Shown in pieces: positions 22,041 to 33,127 of a stretch of DNA of 33,282 nt (positions within the stretch are counted from its first letter, which is position 1; every line of letters begins with the position of its first letter). Below the pieces are notes generated by a model. The model was not told the origin of the DNA. It saw nothing but the letters and a program-made list of their open reading frames with translations, and searched no databases. Both the position numbers and the translations under genes were made by a program. Source of the DNA: Octopus bimaculoides (lineage: Eukaryota); contig NC_068984.1 of assembly GCF_001194135.2 (NCBI RefSeq), positions 105,424,626 to 105,457,907 on the forward strand. Direction: 5' to 3'.

Positions 22041-22444
22041 GATATACTAAGAAGTATAGAGAAGCAGACAGACAAAGCTGGGAGGTTTACCACTCCTGAA
22101 ACCAAAACACCCACAGAAAACAAAAGCATTAACACAAACACATCAACACCAAACGCCCCAACATTGTTGACAGCTATAAACACTAACAATCCAGACCTAA
22201 TGGAATACATTTGTTCAAGCACCAACATAACAGAAAACGATATCAAAACAAATAATCACACACGCACATCACCACGACAACACATTAAAATCACACACAT
22301 TACACAGAACACACGCAGCACATTGAAATCTCTCTACCTGGATGCAGTAGGGAGATTTCAAAAATACCTCTCTGAAAAACTGTACAAAAACCTTCTGGTA
22401 GAAGACTGTGAGGTGAAGGACAAACAACTTTGGCGTAAATGGTC

Positions 22445-22822
22445 ATCTTTCCAAACCATTTAACATCACACGTTCGGTCCGTCAGGGATACCTCCTCTCG
22501 TCGCTAATGTATGTATTGACTATAGAGTCACTACTGCGGAAGCTGGTGATGCTGAGGGGCATCACGCAAGAACTGGGATGAGGGAGGAGCGTGTCTGCAT
22601 ACGCGAACAACGTCACCGTGATAGTGTCGAGCCACAGGCACATCGACTTGGTCGGCGAGACACTAAAAGAATACGAAGCGGTAACGGGAGCGAAAATTAA
22701 CCTGGGAAAAGTCAGTGGGCTTGCATCTGGGCACCTGGAGAAGCAAACCCATACCATCTAACAGCATCTCCATGGTGTGACGCTGGACCGACGGGACCGG
22801 TTAAATTGCTCGGAGTCTGGGG
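22445..22822 (+). mobile_element. L1/Tx1-like RT fragment (catalytic YADD decayed to YANN)
   Basis: Plus strand gives KPFNITRSVRQGYLLSSLMYVLTIESLLRKL..VSAYANNVTVIV..LKEYEAVTGAKINLGK..WTDGPVKLLGVW. Confidence 0.82.
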
Positions 22823-23039
22823 TCGATAAATTAAGTACCAGTTACGTACTGGGGTCGATGCAATCGGCTTAATCCTTTTGTCTGTTCTTGTTTGTCCCCT
22901 CTATGTTTAGTCAATTGTGGACAATAAAGAAATAAGAAGCTTGTTTCCCAACCACAGAATTCCGGGTTCAGTGTCTTCTGCCTCGGGCCGACCAAAATCT
23001 TGTGAGTGGATTTGGTAGATGGAAATTGAAAGAAGCCCG

Positions 23040-23103
<64 letters not shown>

Positions 23104-23178
23104 TGTGTGATAAGAAACTTGCTTCCTCACCACATGGTTCCATGTTCAGTCCCTCTGTGTGGCGCTTTGGGTAAGTGC
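22820..23178 (+). mobile_element. Cluster of SINE fragments: tail of family A (22820-22935), heads of family B (about 22935-23045 and 23103-23178) separated by (TA)n
   Basis: Matches to 31225-31340 and to the reverse complement of 27780-27931. Confidence 0.85.
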
Positions 23179-23180
23179 AC

Positions 23181-23805
23181 TTTCAATCTCAGGATCATTC
23201 TGATTCCAAAAAGGTATAATATGTCTATGTAGAGCAAATGTAGACTGAGATACAGGGTTCCTAGTTGGATAGAATTTTGCTTTTATTATAATACTAATCG
23301 AAAAACCTGTGCGGACTTTTATATCTAACTCATGCGGAGGGCTAATTGGGATAAATAGCATGAGTATAATACGGCTATAATAACTATACGCCCTGGTGTT
23401 GTTTGATCTGTGATTAAGGGCGGATGAGAATAATTCTGTAATGTAATCATTCTATTGTTCCAGTCCCAAGTTAAATTTCAGATGTTGGCCAATTTGTCCC
23501 AAAGTTCTTATCTCGACATAAAAGTAACCAAGCGAATGTCATTTAACTCCCCTTGATCTCTGACGTCGCCTAATAATTGCCAAGCATGATAGCATGAAAC
23601 GTCCAAGCTTTACCTGCAAGAAATAACAAGCTAAATGCTTTTAAATCGAATCCCAATTCTGTATGTTCAAGAACCGAATGAAGGGCAGATTTTCAATCCC
23701 GGGATCATCCTGATTCCAAAAAGGTATATGTCTATACAGAATAAATGTAGACTGATATACAGTGGTCCCAGACGGACAGACAGAATTTCGCTTGTATCAA
23801 TATAT
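23181..23805 (-). mobile_element. Helitron-like element copies in tandem: partial unit 23181-23292 plus near-full unit 23293-23805
   Basis: Aligns along its length to 9231-9735 (e.g. aatttgtcccaaagttcttatct, cccttgatctctgacgtc, tttcaatcccgggat.atcctgattccaaa, ggtcccagacgga). Confidence 0.7.
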
Positions 23806-24239
23806 NNNNNNNNNNNNNNNNNNNNNNNNNNNNNNNNNNNNNNNNNNNNNNNNNNNNNNNNNNNNNNNNNNNNNNNNNNNNNNNNNNNNNNNNNNNNNNN
23901 NNNNNNNNNNNNNNNNNNNNNNNNNNNNNNNNNNNNNNNNNNNNNNNNNNNNNNNNNNNNNNNNNNNNNNNNNNNNNNNNNNNNNNNNNNNNNNNNNNNN
24001 NNNNNNNNNNNNNNNNNNNNNNNNNNNNNNNNNNNNNNNNNNNNNNNNNNNNNNNNNNNNNNNNNNNNNNNNNNNNNNNNNNNNNNNNNNNNNNNNNNNN
24101 NNNNNNNNNNNNNNNNNNNNNNNNNNNNNNNNNNNNNNNNNNNNNNNNNNNNNNNNNNNNNNNNNNNNNNNNNNNNNNNNNNNNNNNNNNNNNNNNNNNN
24201 NNNNNNNNNNNNNNNNNNNNNNNNTATATATATATACAT

Positions 24240-24306
<67 letters not shown>

Positions 24307-24368
24307 CATACATACATATATGTGTGTGTATGTGTGTATATATATATATATACATATATTTGTATATA

Positions 24369-24754
24369 TATAAACGAACTTTAGGTTAGTTAAAATATTT
24401 TAGTGACATATTTCAACTTCGAAAGGCAAATTCACTGCAGTTACAGCGAGGAAAAAATTCTCTGTTATGGTAAAAGGGTGTAAAACACCACATCTGTCCA
24501 GTGGTGGCCCCTGTCGGTTTCCCAGACGCCTTCCTAGCCATTTAGCTGTTATCAATGGGAAATACCGAAGAGAGGTAACTTTGGATAGACTTAATTAAGG
24601 TCGTAGCTCTACTTAAAACACAGTCACTATTGTTGACTGCTTTTACACCGTTTTGCTATAAGAGAATTTTTTCTCAACGGCAACTGCAGTGAATTTACCT
24701 TTACAAGTTCAAATATTGCACAAGTATATTTCAACTAACCTAAATGTTGCTTAT
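24369..24754. mobile_element. MITE / fold-back element with about 105-115-bp imperfect terminal inverted repeats
   Basis: 24380-24486 (tttaggttagtt.aaata..aaagg.aaattcactgcagtt..gaaaaaattctc..ggtgtaaaa) is the reverse complement of 24640-24744; the centre is non-coding. Confidence 0.8.
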
Positions 24755-24799
24755 GCCTAAATACTGCCTGGCGTTAATACTGCTGCAATACGCGCGCGC

Positions 24800-24845
<46 letters not shown>

Positions 24846-25476
24846 ATAAGGATATGAAACTGGTGTAAACGACTGGAATAAATATTTAATCTCTCACCAC
24901 ACTTCTATCTGTTCTATTACCACACATACACTCATAGACATATATATTACACACATATATATGTATGTCTTAGTTTAGAGAATAACATTTATGATTTATT
25001 GGTACAAACTCGACATGTTTCGTTTTGTCGTGCTGGTACGGTGTGACATGCGAGTGGATGTTGTATGGGGTGTTGGATGATTTTAATATTCAAATAGGAA
25101 GATCGTTGTCTTCTTATTAGGATTATTGAAGTAGTGTGTGTTGGTTAAATTTAATGTTGAAAGACTAAGAGATTAGTCTGCTATATGAGAAAGAAGAATT
25201 AGAAGATGGATAGGGAAAACGAAGAGATGAGTGGGCAGACAGAATGATCCGAATGACCAAGGAAGATAAAATAGGAAAATTACTATGTGGTTTTAGTATG
25301 TATCGTAGTGCAATATATCACTTCTTAACCAAAATATTTACTAAGTATAGACTTGATGGTTGAATAGGAGATATCTATGTTCATATTTAAAAATTAGTGG
25401 CAATTGTGACTGGGTGGGAAATTCTTGTTTGCAAAAAATAAAAGAATGTTTTAACTACAGAGGTTTTTTATTTGTA

Positions 25477-26605
25477 TCAGGTCATCCCATAAGTTCTGTC
25501 CAATTTTACCTTTTTTAAAATTGAATGAAATTTAATAATATTTTAGAATGTCTAATGGAATTAAAAATTATTTTTATGCATTTGTGTATATTTAAACTAA
25601 TAAAATATTATTTTACAGAATAATAGACTTAAAATTTCTTTGATTAAAACCCTTTCTAACGTGGAAGTATCCAAAGCGAATTTCAGGCACATAATGAGTA
25701 CAAAAAAGTACTTTATGAATATAAAAAAGGAAACTCTGCAGCCGAAGCGGCTCGAAACATATTCTCAGTTTATGGGAAAGAATGCTTGAATGAAAGAACT
25801 TGCAGGAAATGGTTTGCAAAATTCAGAAGTGGTGATTTCAGCCTTGAAGATGAAGATCAAACAGGACGTCCAGTTGAGTTTGATGATAAGCTCCTTGAGG
25901 CATTACTTGAAGAAAATCCTGCATTATCAGTTGAAGAATTGACAATAAAGTTTAGTTCAAATCATACAACTGTTCATCGTCATCTTCAACAACTTGGAAA
26001 GGTTCCTAAACTTGGAAAATGGGTGCCTCANNNNNNNNNNCAGTGGCTTGGTAAAAGGGAAAAAGCTCAACCACAACCGAGAAGGGAACTTCATGGAAAA
26101 AAAGGTTCTTCTCTCTATTTGGTGGGATTGCAAAGGAATAATTCACTTTGAATTGTTACCACCTAATGCAACAATCAATGCTCAAGTCTACTGTCAGCAA
26201 TTAGTGTGTTTGAATCAAGCTTTGAAGGAAAAAAGACCTGCTTTAGTGAATCGAAAAGGAGTGATGTTTCATCAGGACAATGTGCGACCCCACACTGCAA
26301 AGATCACATCACAGAAGATCCAAGAACTTGGTTGGGAAAAATTTCTCATCTACCTTATTCTCTCGACCTTATTCTTTCATACTACCTTTTGTTTCGTAGT
26401 TTACAGAATTATTTGGGTGACATAACTTTCGCAAGCCAGGAAGAGGTCGAACTGACATTGATGGGATTAAAAAACTTGTAAATAGATGGAAGGAAGTCAT
26501 AGATAATCAGGAAAGTACATTGATGATTAAATTTCAATTAAATATAACATTTGATCACTTGTTTTCTTTATTCAAAATTCGGACAGAACTTATGGGATGA
26601 CCTGA
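25477..26605 (+). mobile_element. Mariner (Tc1/mariner, DD34D type) transposon with perfect 25-bp TIRs and TA target-site duplication; transposase frameshifted, with a small gap
   Basis: TIR tcaggtcatcccataagttctgtcc at 25477-25501 and its exact reverse complement at 26581-26605, with TA on both sides. Protein motifs include KWFAKFRSGDFSLEDE..GRP, KWVP, VLLSIWWDCKGIIHFELL, FHQDNVRPH and PYSLDL. Confidence 0.96.
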
Positions 26606-27496
26606 TAAGTTATAAATGGATTATTTCTTTTTCTGTTTCTGTTATAGCTTATTAGTTGTGCTGTCATGGTATTTGATTTTTTCTGTTTTATCGATTTTTT
26701 CAAAGCTTTATTGTTTTGATGTCAGTGTTCTTTAAAAACTGTTTCGTTAGAAGATGGTTAGGGGGTTCTAAGCGATATATTATGGACTAAATTATTTGTA
26801 ATTTTCTTTGGGTGGTTCGGGAAGTTTTGAACGTGTTGCATTTTTCATTTGGTTTTCTGTATGAGTAGTGTGTTGAGTTATCAAGATTTAATATGGTGTC
26901 TAGGAAATTAAGTGTTTTTTAATGCGTGTCACTGAGGAATTTTAAAATACAATTCTTTGAAGAAGCTGAGGAACCTCTTTCTGAATTTGTCTGATTTTTG
27001 TTTATTATGGATTCTAAAGATATTGAAACTACCTTTCTTTGGATATAAGTAAAAATGCTTTAATTCAATAATATTAAAACATAAAGCGACCTGATCGCTA
27101 ATTTCAGTAAAATCTTTTGCACTTACGATAATGTCAATGTTATTAAAAGATAAAATTGATTTTCTTGCTTGGAAGGTGATTTCAGCATCCGATGGTTGTA
27201 AAGATGTTATAGCTTTGATATAGTTAATTGCGTCATAGTGTATTGTCTGGGTAACGGAAGGATAATAACCAGAAATATCAGAGAGATGTGACATTAATTT
27301 TATTTTGGATAGTTGTGAAACATTCAATTACAGAAGAAAAGTTTTTCTAAAATCGTAATGGAAATTAATATCTAATTTTAGATACAAAAGAAGCAATAAT
27401 TTGTTTACTTACACCTCCAATGGCTATTTTAAAAGAATTGGCCGGTGTAGTGGACTGATGATTAAAAAAATTTGGATTGTGGTATTTACTGTTCTT

Positions 27497-27704
27497 TTCT
27501 TTTATCTTTTACTTGTTTCAGTCATTTGACTGTGGCCATACTGGAGCACCGCCTTTAGTCGAGCAATTTGACCCCAGGATTTATTCTTTGTAAACCTAGT
27601 ACTTATTCTATCGGTCTCTTTTGCTAAACCGCTAAGTTACGGGGACGTAAACACTCCAGCATCGGTTGTCAAGCGATGTTAGGCGGACAAATACAGACAT
27701 ACAA

Positions 27705-27787
<83 letters not shown>

Positions 27788-27931
27788 TACGACGGGCTTC
27801 TTTCAGTTTCCGTCTATCAAATCCACTCACAAGGCTTTAGTAGAAGACACTTGCCCAAGGTGCCACGCAGTGGGATTGAACCCGGAACCATGTGGTTCGT
27901 AAGCAAGCTACTTATCACACAGCCACTCCTC
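27497..27931 (-). mobile_element. Full-length tRNA-derived SINE with internal (TA)n(TG)n microsatellite
   Basis: Minus strand runs ggagtggctgtgtgataagtagcttgct..gggttcaatcccactgcgtggcaccttgggcaagtgtc..gaaagaagcccgtcgtatat(..)gtgt..gactgaaacaagtaaaaagataaaga. Confidence 0.92.
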
Positions 27932-28639
27932 CTTATGTAAGGTTCTAGTGGGGTAAGAGTATCTGTTCTATCTTTGATATTTAAATCAGTTACTATACTT
28001 TTGGCGGATATATTAATTTCATTCAGTGTGTCAAGGTAAGTATTTTTCTAGGTATTTGAGATCCCGCTATGTCCTCCTTGATGGTAAGTAGATTTCGCTT
28101 TGTAAATATTCTTCCTTTTGTTTGATTTAGTAACATGATTGTTCCACTTATAACAATAGTGTCATCGAGATTTTTCTGTAAAAGTTTAGAGATTAACTTA
28201 CGCATTTTCTTTTTAAATATTAAGATCTTTTTCCAGTTATGTCGAAACTTTTTACGAAGGATTGAATAAGAATGTTAATAGAAGTTTGCGTTGTTTTCAA
28301 TCTGTAACTGTATGTTGGTTGTGCTGTTAGTTGATTTTTTTCTCTCAAAGAAATAAATTTTGTATCATTCTTTTAATGAAGTTTTCTTTCTTCCGCATTA
28401 AATCTTTTAGGTAGGCTTTCGTTGGTAGCATTGATATATTCTAATATATTGATACATTTTAAAATACTGGTCTATCTAAAAATCGGGATATATTTTAAAT
28501 AGTGAATGGAATTTCGACGTGCTGCATTGCTGCATCTCTTGTATGACAAGGGTTACATTGTCTAATGTGTATGCAGAACGGTTGAATGGCTAAGAAGTTC
28601 TCTTCTCAACCACGAAAACCTGGGTTAATGCAGCATTTT

Positions 28640-30900
28640 ATGCAAGTGCGAAAAGGTAGGTAAGAGGACAGACCCCTGTGGTATCCTATTCAGGAAATTT
28701 CAAGTTTTGGAATTGTTGGTCATGTAGCCTGATAAGTCATTTGCTAACCAAAGTCTTGTGTTGTTCTTAAGGTGGTTTTCAGATTTTTTTGTGCAAGTGG
28801 ATAGAGGGGAATGAAATCAAAAGCTATGCTAACATTGATGGTAGTTAGAATGGTATATGTAACAGTTATTTTTTGTTGAGGAGATCATGTATTTTTGAGT
28901 TAGGTTTAAGAGTAACGTGATAAGGTTGATTGTAATGGTCTGAATCTGTATTGCGATGTTGAGAAATGGGATGTGTGGGTTAGTTATGTTCAAAATAGCC
29001 TTTCAAGGATTTTTAGGTAAGTGATGGTCTGTATGGCTTGACCTAGCCTTTAGCTATGTTATAATTTCTCTATCTTTCAGATTCTAGAAATTAGTGTAGA
29101 TGTTGGTAAGTAAAGTGAATCCTTCATCCTGAGGTATATTAAGCATATGTTTGTGATTTTCTTTGTCCCTCAGGTTTCGTTTTATGGGTATCTGATGGAC
29201 GGAGAGATAGAAAACGTAATCTATGTGGAAGATGAGATGTGTATTTTTTGTTCTGTTTCTGCCTTCTTTGCGCGGTTTTGATGGTTGATTTTCGAAAAAC
29301 TCTCTAAGCGTAGGTATTTTACATTCAACATACTTATTGTGACATGGAGTGCTGTGTTGTTTGACCGTTGGTAATAGTACTGTTAATTTATATTGTGGTT
29401 TATAGTAAATTTTATGCTTTATGCTAGATACAGAAATTTGTCAATTTTCTATTTTTCTACGACCAACTTTTTGTTATTTATTTGTTTAGTTATTTAAAAT
29501 AGAATTTTATTCCGGTTGTGTGATTTTGGTTTATTGTGTCCCTGGTTAATATGAGGTTAGCTGTTTCTGGTGTGTAACAGGTTTTCTTTGTGGTTTAGTG
29601 AGATATGACCTTTTTGAATCATTTGTAATTATTTTCGTGAATGTATGTTCTACAGTGTCTCTGTTGGTGATTTTGGTATTGAATTCTGAAAACCTTGATT
29701 CTGCCTCCAGATGAAACTTGTTCTATTGTATCCTTTTGAGGTTTGTAAATGTGTTTGCTTTCTTCATTAATGTACGACTCTGTTGTGATGATAGTTGATA
29801 AGTAACCCGAAGAAAGTTGGAAAATGTTTGTTAATTGTTTATGTTAGATAAGTGTGAAATAGATTGTGATGTATGGAGAAGAGCCGTTCAAGCTGAAATG
29901 GAAAATGCGAGTGTTTTGATAATTGCTTAGGATGTAAAGGAATTTTGTTTGCGTTATCTCTTGTGTTATCCATGTGGTTTGAAAACCAGATGTTCACTAA
30001 ATTGAATTCTCAACCAATTATGGTGTATAAATGGGGGGTGTAACCTGATCGGCCGATTGGTGAGTTTTGGTAGTGGTTTACATGTTTAGTATATCAACGT
30101 GATTCGTGTTATTTGTTTTTAATTTGAAAGCATATATTTATAATGTGCTGTCATTTCTTTGCAATTTACGAACGCCGTTTGCGATGTTAATATACTGGAT
30201 GCAAGAATTTATGTATGTTATACGACCACAACTATTTAGGAAGTGTCTGTTCAGTTTGATTTATGAATATTTTGGAAATATAATTTATGTTCTAGATATG
30301 CGTATATTTCCTGAGTTATTGTTGCGTGAATGACATTGTGAATGCCGTGAGTGATGATAAGAAGCTTTTGTTTCCTTGATAACAGTTTTAATGCCAAAGT
30401 TAAATTGCAGAAACCTTAGATTTTTTTGTCTCCTTTTTGCAAAATTTATTATTATTTTATGCGAAACGTTCATTTTAAAGGCATTTAGTGGGAACATATG
30501 ACGTTGAGATGGAGATAACATTGGCAGTTTATGATTTATTGTTGTTGCTAACAGTGTGTTATTTTCTCCATTGTATTTTTCTGTATAATTTGTAAAAGTT
30601 ATTTGGTGATGTTTGTGAATTCTGAAGATTTTCTAAGGCACCTATGTGGGTGTCTCAGAGTTCATTGTATGTAGCTTCGTAGCGACTGTCCTTCTCCCAC
30701 GGCTTTCGCGCACGTTTTGAGAAATATCTTTTTGTGACGAGTACATACTGGTCGAGAGTCTTCTAGCTGTGACTTTCTTCTCTTCTTTTCTGGCATATAT
30801 TCAATAGTAGCTATTAGTTTATCTCGTATATTAATGTATCTATCCATTTTCAATTTGTGCTGGCAGATTCAATTGTGAATATGTTGATCGCTGGTGTATT
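28640..30900 (-). mobile_element. Decayed APE-type non-LTR retrotransposon (CR1/Zenon- or Jockey/I-like; clade uncertain), cut off within the RT
   Basis: Remnants of endonuclease IIG*EFN (~30020), PYRP..KILERL (~29010-29035), TINVSIAFDFIP (~28830) and IPQGSVLLPTF (28650-28686), all collinear on the minus strand. A Cys-containing N-terminal remnant lies at 30662-30853. Confidence 0.72.
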
Positions 30901-30970
30901 TCGTCATCGGAGAACATTCTCCTTTAGACGATGTGTGCTCATAACACACGCAACTCATTGATATAAGGAG

Positions 30971-31023
30971 ACTTTGAGACACTTCGATATTTCGACCTTA
31001 TTGTGTGTCTCTTCAGTCAAAGC
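30971..31023 (-). ncRNA. Type I minimal hammerhead ribozyme motif
   Basis: Minus strand reads GCTTTGA-CTGAAGA-GAC(acacaataag)GTC-GAAA-TA(tcgaag)TG-TC/TCAAAGT. It has a 6-7-bp stem I, an intact CUGANGA/GAAA core, a G-C closed stem II, a GUC cleavage triplet and palindromic TCGA in loop III. Confidence 0.8.
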
Positions 31024-31108
31024 TTCCCTCGGATGAATACTGGCTAGAAATCAATAGACAAATTATTTGCTGATTTGTTCCAAACTGATAATAATTCATG
31101 TGTCTGAA

Positions 31109-31340
31109 GGCGGCGAGCTAGCAGAAACGTTAGCAAGCTGGACGAAATGCTTAGCGGTATTTCGTCTGCCGTTACGTTCTGAGTTCAAATTCCGCCGAGG
31201 TCGACTTTGCCTTTCATCCTTTCGGGGTCGATAAATTAAGTACCAGTTACGTACTGCGGTCGATGTAATCGACTTAATCTCTTTGTCTGTCCTTGTTTGT
31301 CCCCTCTATGTTTAGCCCCTTGTGGGCAATAAAGAAATAA
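31109..31340 (+). mobile_element. Full-length tRNA-derived SINE
   Basis: ggcggcgagctagcagaaacgttagc head (A box), gagttcaaattcc (B box), central domain gcctttcatcctttcggggtcgataaattaagtaccag and tail aataaagaaataag. Confidence 0.93.
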
Positions 31341-31505
31341 GAAACGTTAGCACACCGGGCGAAATGCTTTACGTTCTGAGTTCAAATTCCGCTGAGGTCG
31401 ACTTTGCCTTTCATCCTTTCGGGGTCGATGAATTAAGTACTGGGGTCGGTCTAATCGACTGCTCCCCTCCCCCAAAATTTCGAGCCTTGTGCCTAGAGTA
31501 GAAAA
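31341..31505 (+). mobile_element. Second tandem SINE copy (internally deleted head, alternative tail)
   Basis: Repeats gaaacgttagca..ttctgagttcaaattccgctgaggtcgactttgcctttcatcc and ends ccttgtgcctagagtagaaaagaat. Confidence 0.88.
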
Positions 31506-32619
31506 GAATAATTCATGAGCTTGACGCAAACAGCGAGAATCCAAACAGTAACGTATCTCTTCGTTCTTAATATCTACTGGTAGATTCGAATGTAAATTTG
31601 CGGTTGAGTAGAATTTGTGGTAGATTTGATTGCAGTTTCTTGCAAGATAAGATAGTCTCGATGTGTTGAATGTTATGATAATGATGGACATGAAGTTGAA
31701 AAGACATTACACAGAAAGTAGAATAAAATTCCCTGTTTGACAGCCATTTTCTTGGGTAACGAAAAATGGGATGATGTCGAAGCTGTTTAAATTATGTGGT
31801 TAAGATATGGCAAATTCTCGTATCAGTAACTTTTAATCCCTTCTATATGACCAACAGAAACATTTTCAAGGAGTTTTCGATAGCATTGGTGTAAATCTTA
31901 ATTTAAACGTAGCGATTAAACGAAGTAATATGAATACTTATGCGATTTTGTAATATTAATACACGCATTTGTAATATCAATACCGGGAATGGTGTATTTG
32001 TTATCAGTGTAAGCTACAATCGTCGCGTTATGGGAAGTATTTTGTACAATTCAGTCTGAATTACGCTATTATATTTTTAGTAAACGCTGTTTCTCTTATT
32101 TACATCAGAAAAAAATCCGATTACAGACCTCAGATGAATTAGCTCAGCACAATTGTTGAAGAAAACAATCAAACATACGTTTCAAACGGTTCTCTACGCC
32201 TACATTGCTGTTAACGACGATGCCATCTTGTATGATGTAAGGATGCATACTTTTGTGTTTATTCATGTATGCATGTGTCTATTTAAGCTTGTGCGTATGC
32301 TTGTATGTACATATGAATGCGTGAGTGTATGTATGTATGTATGTATGTATGTATGTATGTATATGTGTATGTAGTTATGTGTGAAAACTCGAAAAGCAGA
32401 GAATTCAAAGCACCGATAGAAAACACAATAATGCAGAAATGTCACTTCTTTGTAAGATCAAAAGCTAGGCTCATATTGCACGTTCGTCGCTATGGGCGCT
32501 CTTGTAAATAGTTGCACATTGAAATGCATGATACCTCTTTGATAATAAAGTCGGTAGCGGCGTGTGAAACTCTATTCAATGGAGAAAAAAATGGATCAGA
32601 TCTCCCCGCCACACTTACA

Positions 32620-32755
32620 CATATCGTACACACACACACATATATGCATACAGATGTATAATTGTTTGCATGTGAGTGAATGAGTGTGTGTGTGTGTGTG
32701 TGCGTGTGTGTGTGTGTGTGTGTGCGTGCGTGTGTGTGTGTGATGCATACATGAC
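32620..32755. repeat. (CA)n/(TG)n microsatellites
   Basis: Directly visible. Confidence 0.92.
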
Positions 32756-32811
32756 ACACATTCCTGAACTACAAAGAAAGCATGAAAAGGCTTTTCTAGA
32801 GAATATATCAG

Positions 32812-32812
32812 A

Positions 32813-32845
<33 letters not shown>

Positions 32846-32925
32846 TTAATAATAAGAATAATGATAATGATGATGATGATGATGATTATAATGATGTTGA
32901 TAATGATAGTGATGATGATGATAAA
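32812..32925. repeat. (TAA)n grading into (TGA)n microsatellite
   Basis: Directly visible. Confidence 0.95.
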
Positions 32926-33007
32926 AATGACTTTTTTATCCTTTTAATAATGAATGCAAAAAAAGGCGGGAATCTTGGAATGGAAATAAGCAGGAAAACT
33001 TAAAACA

Positions 33008-33008
33008 T

Positions 33009-33052
<44 letters not shown>

Positions 33053-33088
33053 GTAATAATAATAATATTGATAATAATAATAATAATG

Positions 33089-33126
<38 letters not shown>
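33008..33126. repeat. (CTA)n plus (TAA)n microsatellite
   Basis: Directly visible. Confidence 0.95.

Positions 33127-33127
<1 letters not shown>

Larger units (their letters stand above)
25000..28480 (-). mobile_element. Second, highly decayed Penelope-like element (PLE2), split by a mariner (25477-26605) and a SINE (27497-27931)
   Basis: Collinear PLE motifs on the minus strand: LPTKAYLKDLMRKKENFIKRM (~28430), NEINISAKSIVTDLNIKDR (~28000), GVSKQII (~27400), DISGYYPS..FQARKSIL, FRKRFLSFFKEL, LNFLDTILNL..YRKPNEK and RNRKRNNPF. After the mariner comes NKNFPPSHNCH*FLNMNIDISYSTIKSIL. No recognisable GIY-YIG. The 3' boundary is uncertain. Confidence 0.8.

Noticed and set aside
28510-28545. tacaaga-gatg..cgtc-gaaa on the minus strand at the PLE2 5' end as a pseudo-LTR hammerhead
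   Set aside because: CUGA is missing and there is no stem I or III. It is too degenerate to call.
31109-31190. tRNA gene
   Set aside because: The A/B-box-like head continues into SINE body and tail and recurs in many diverged copies, so it is a SINE head.
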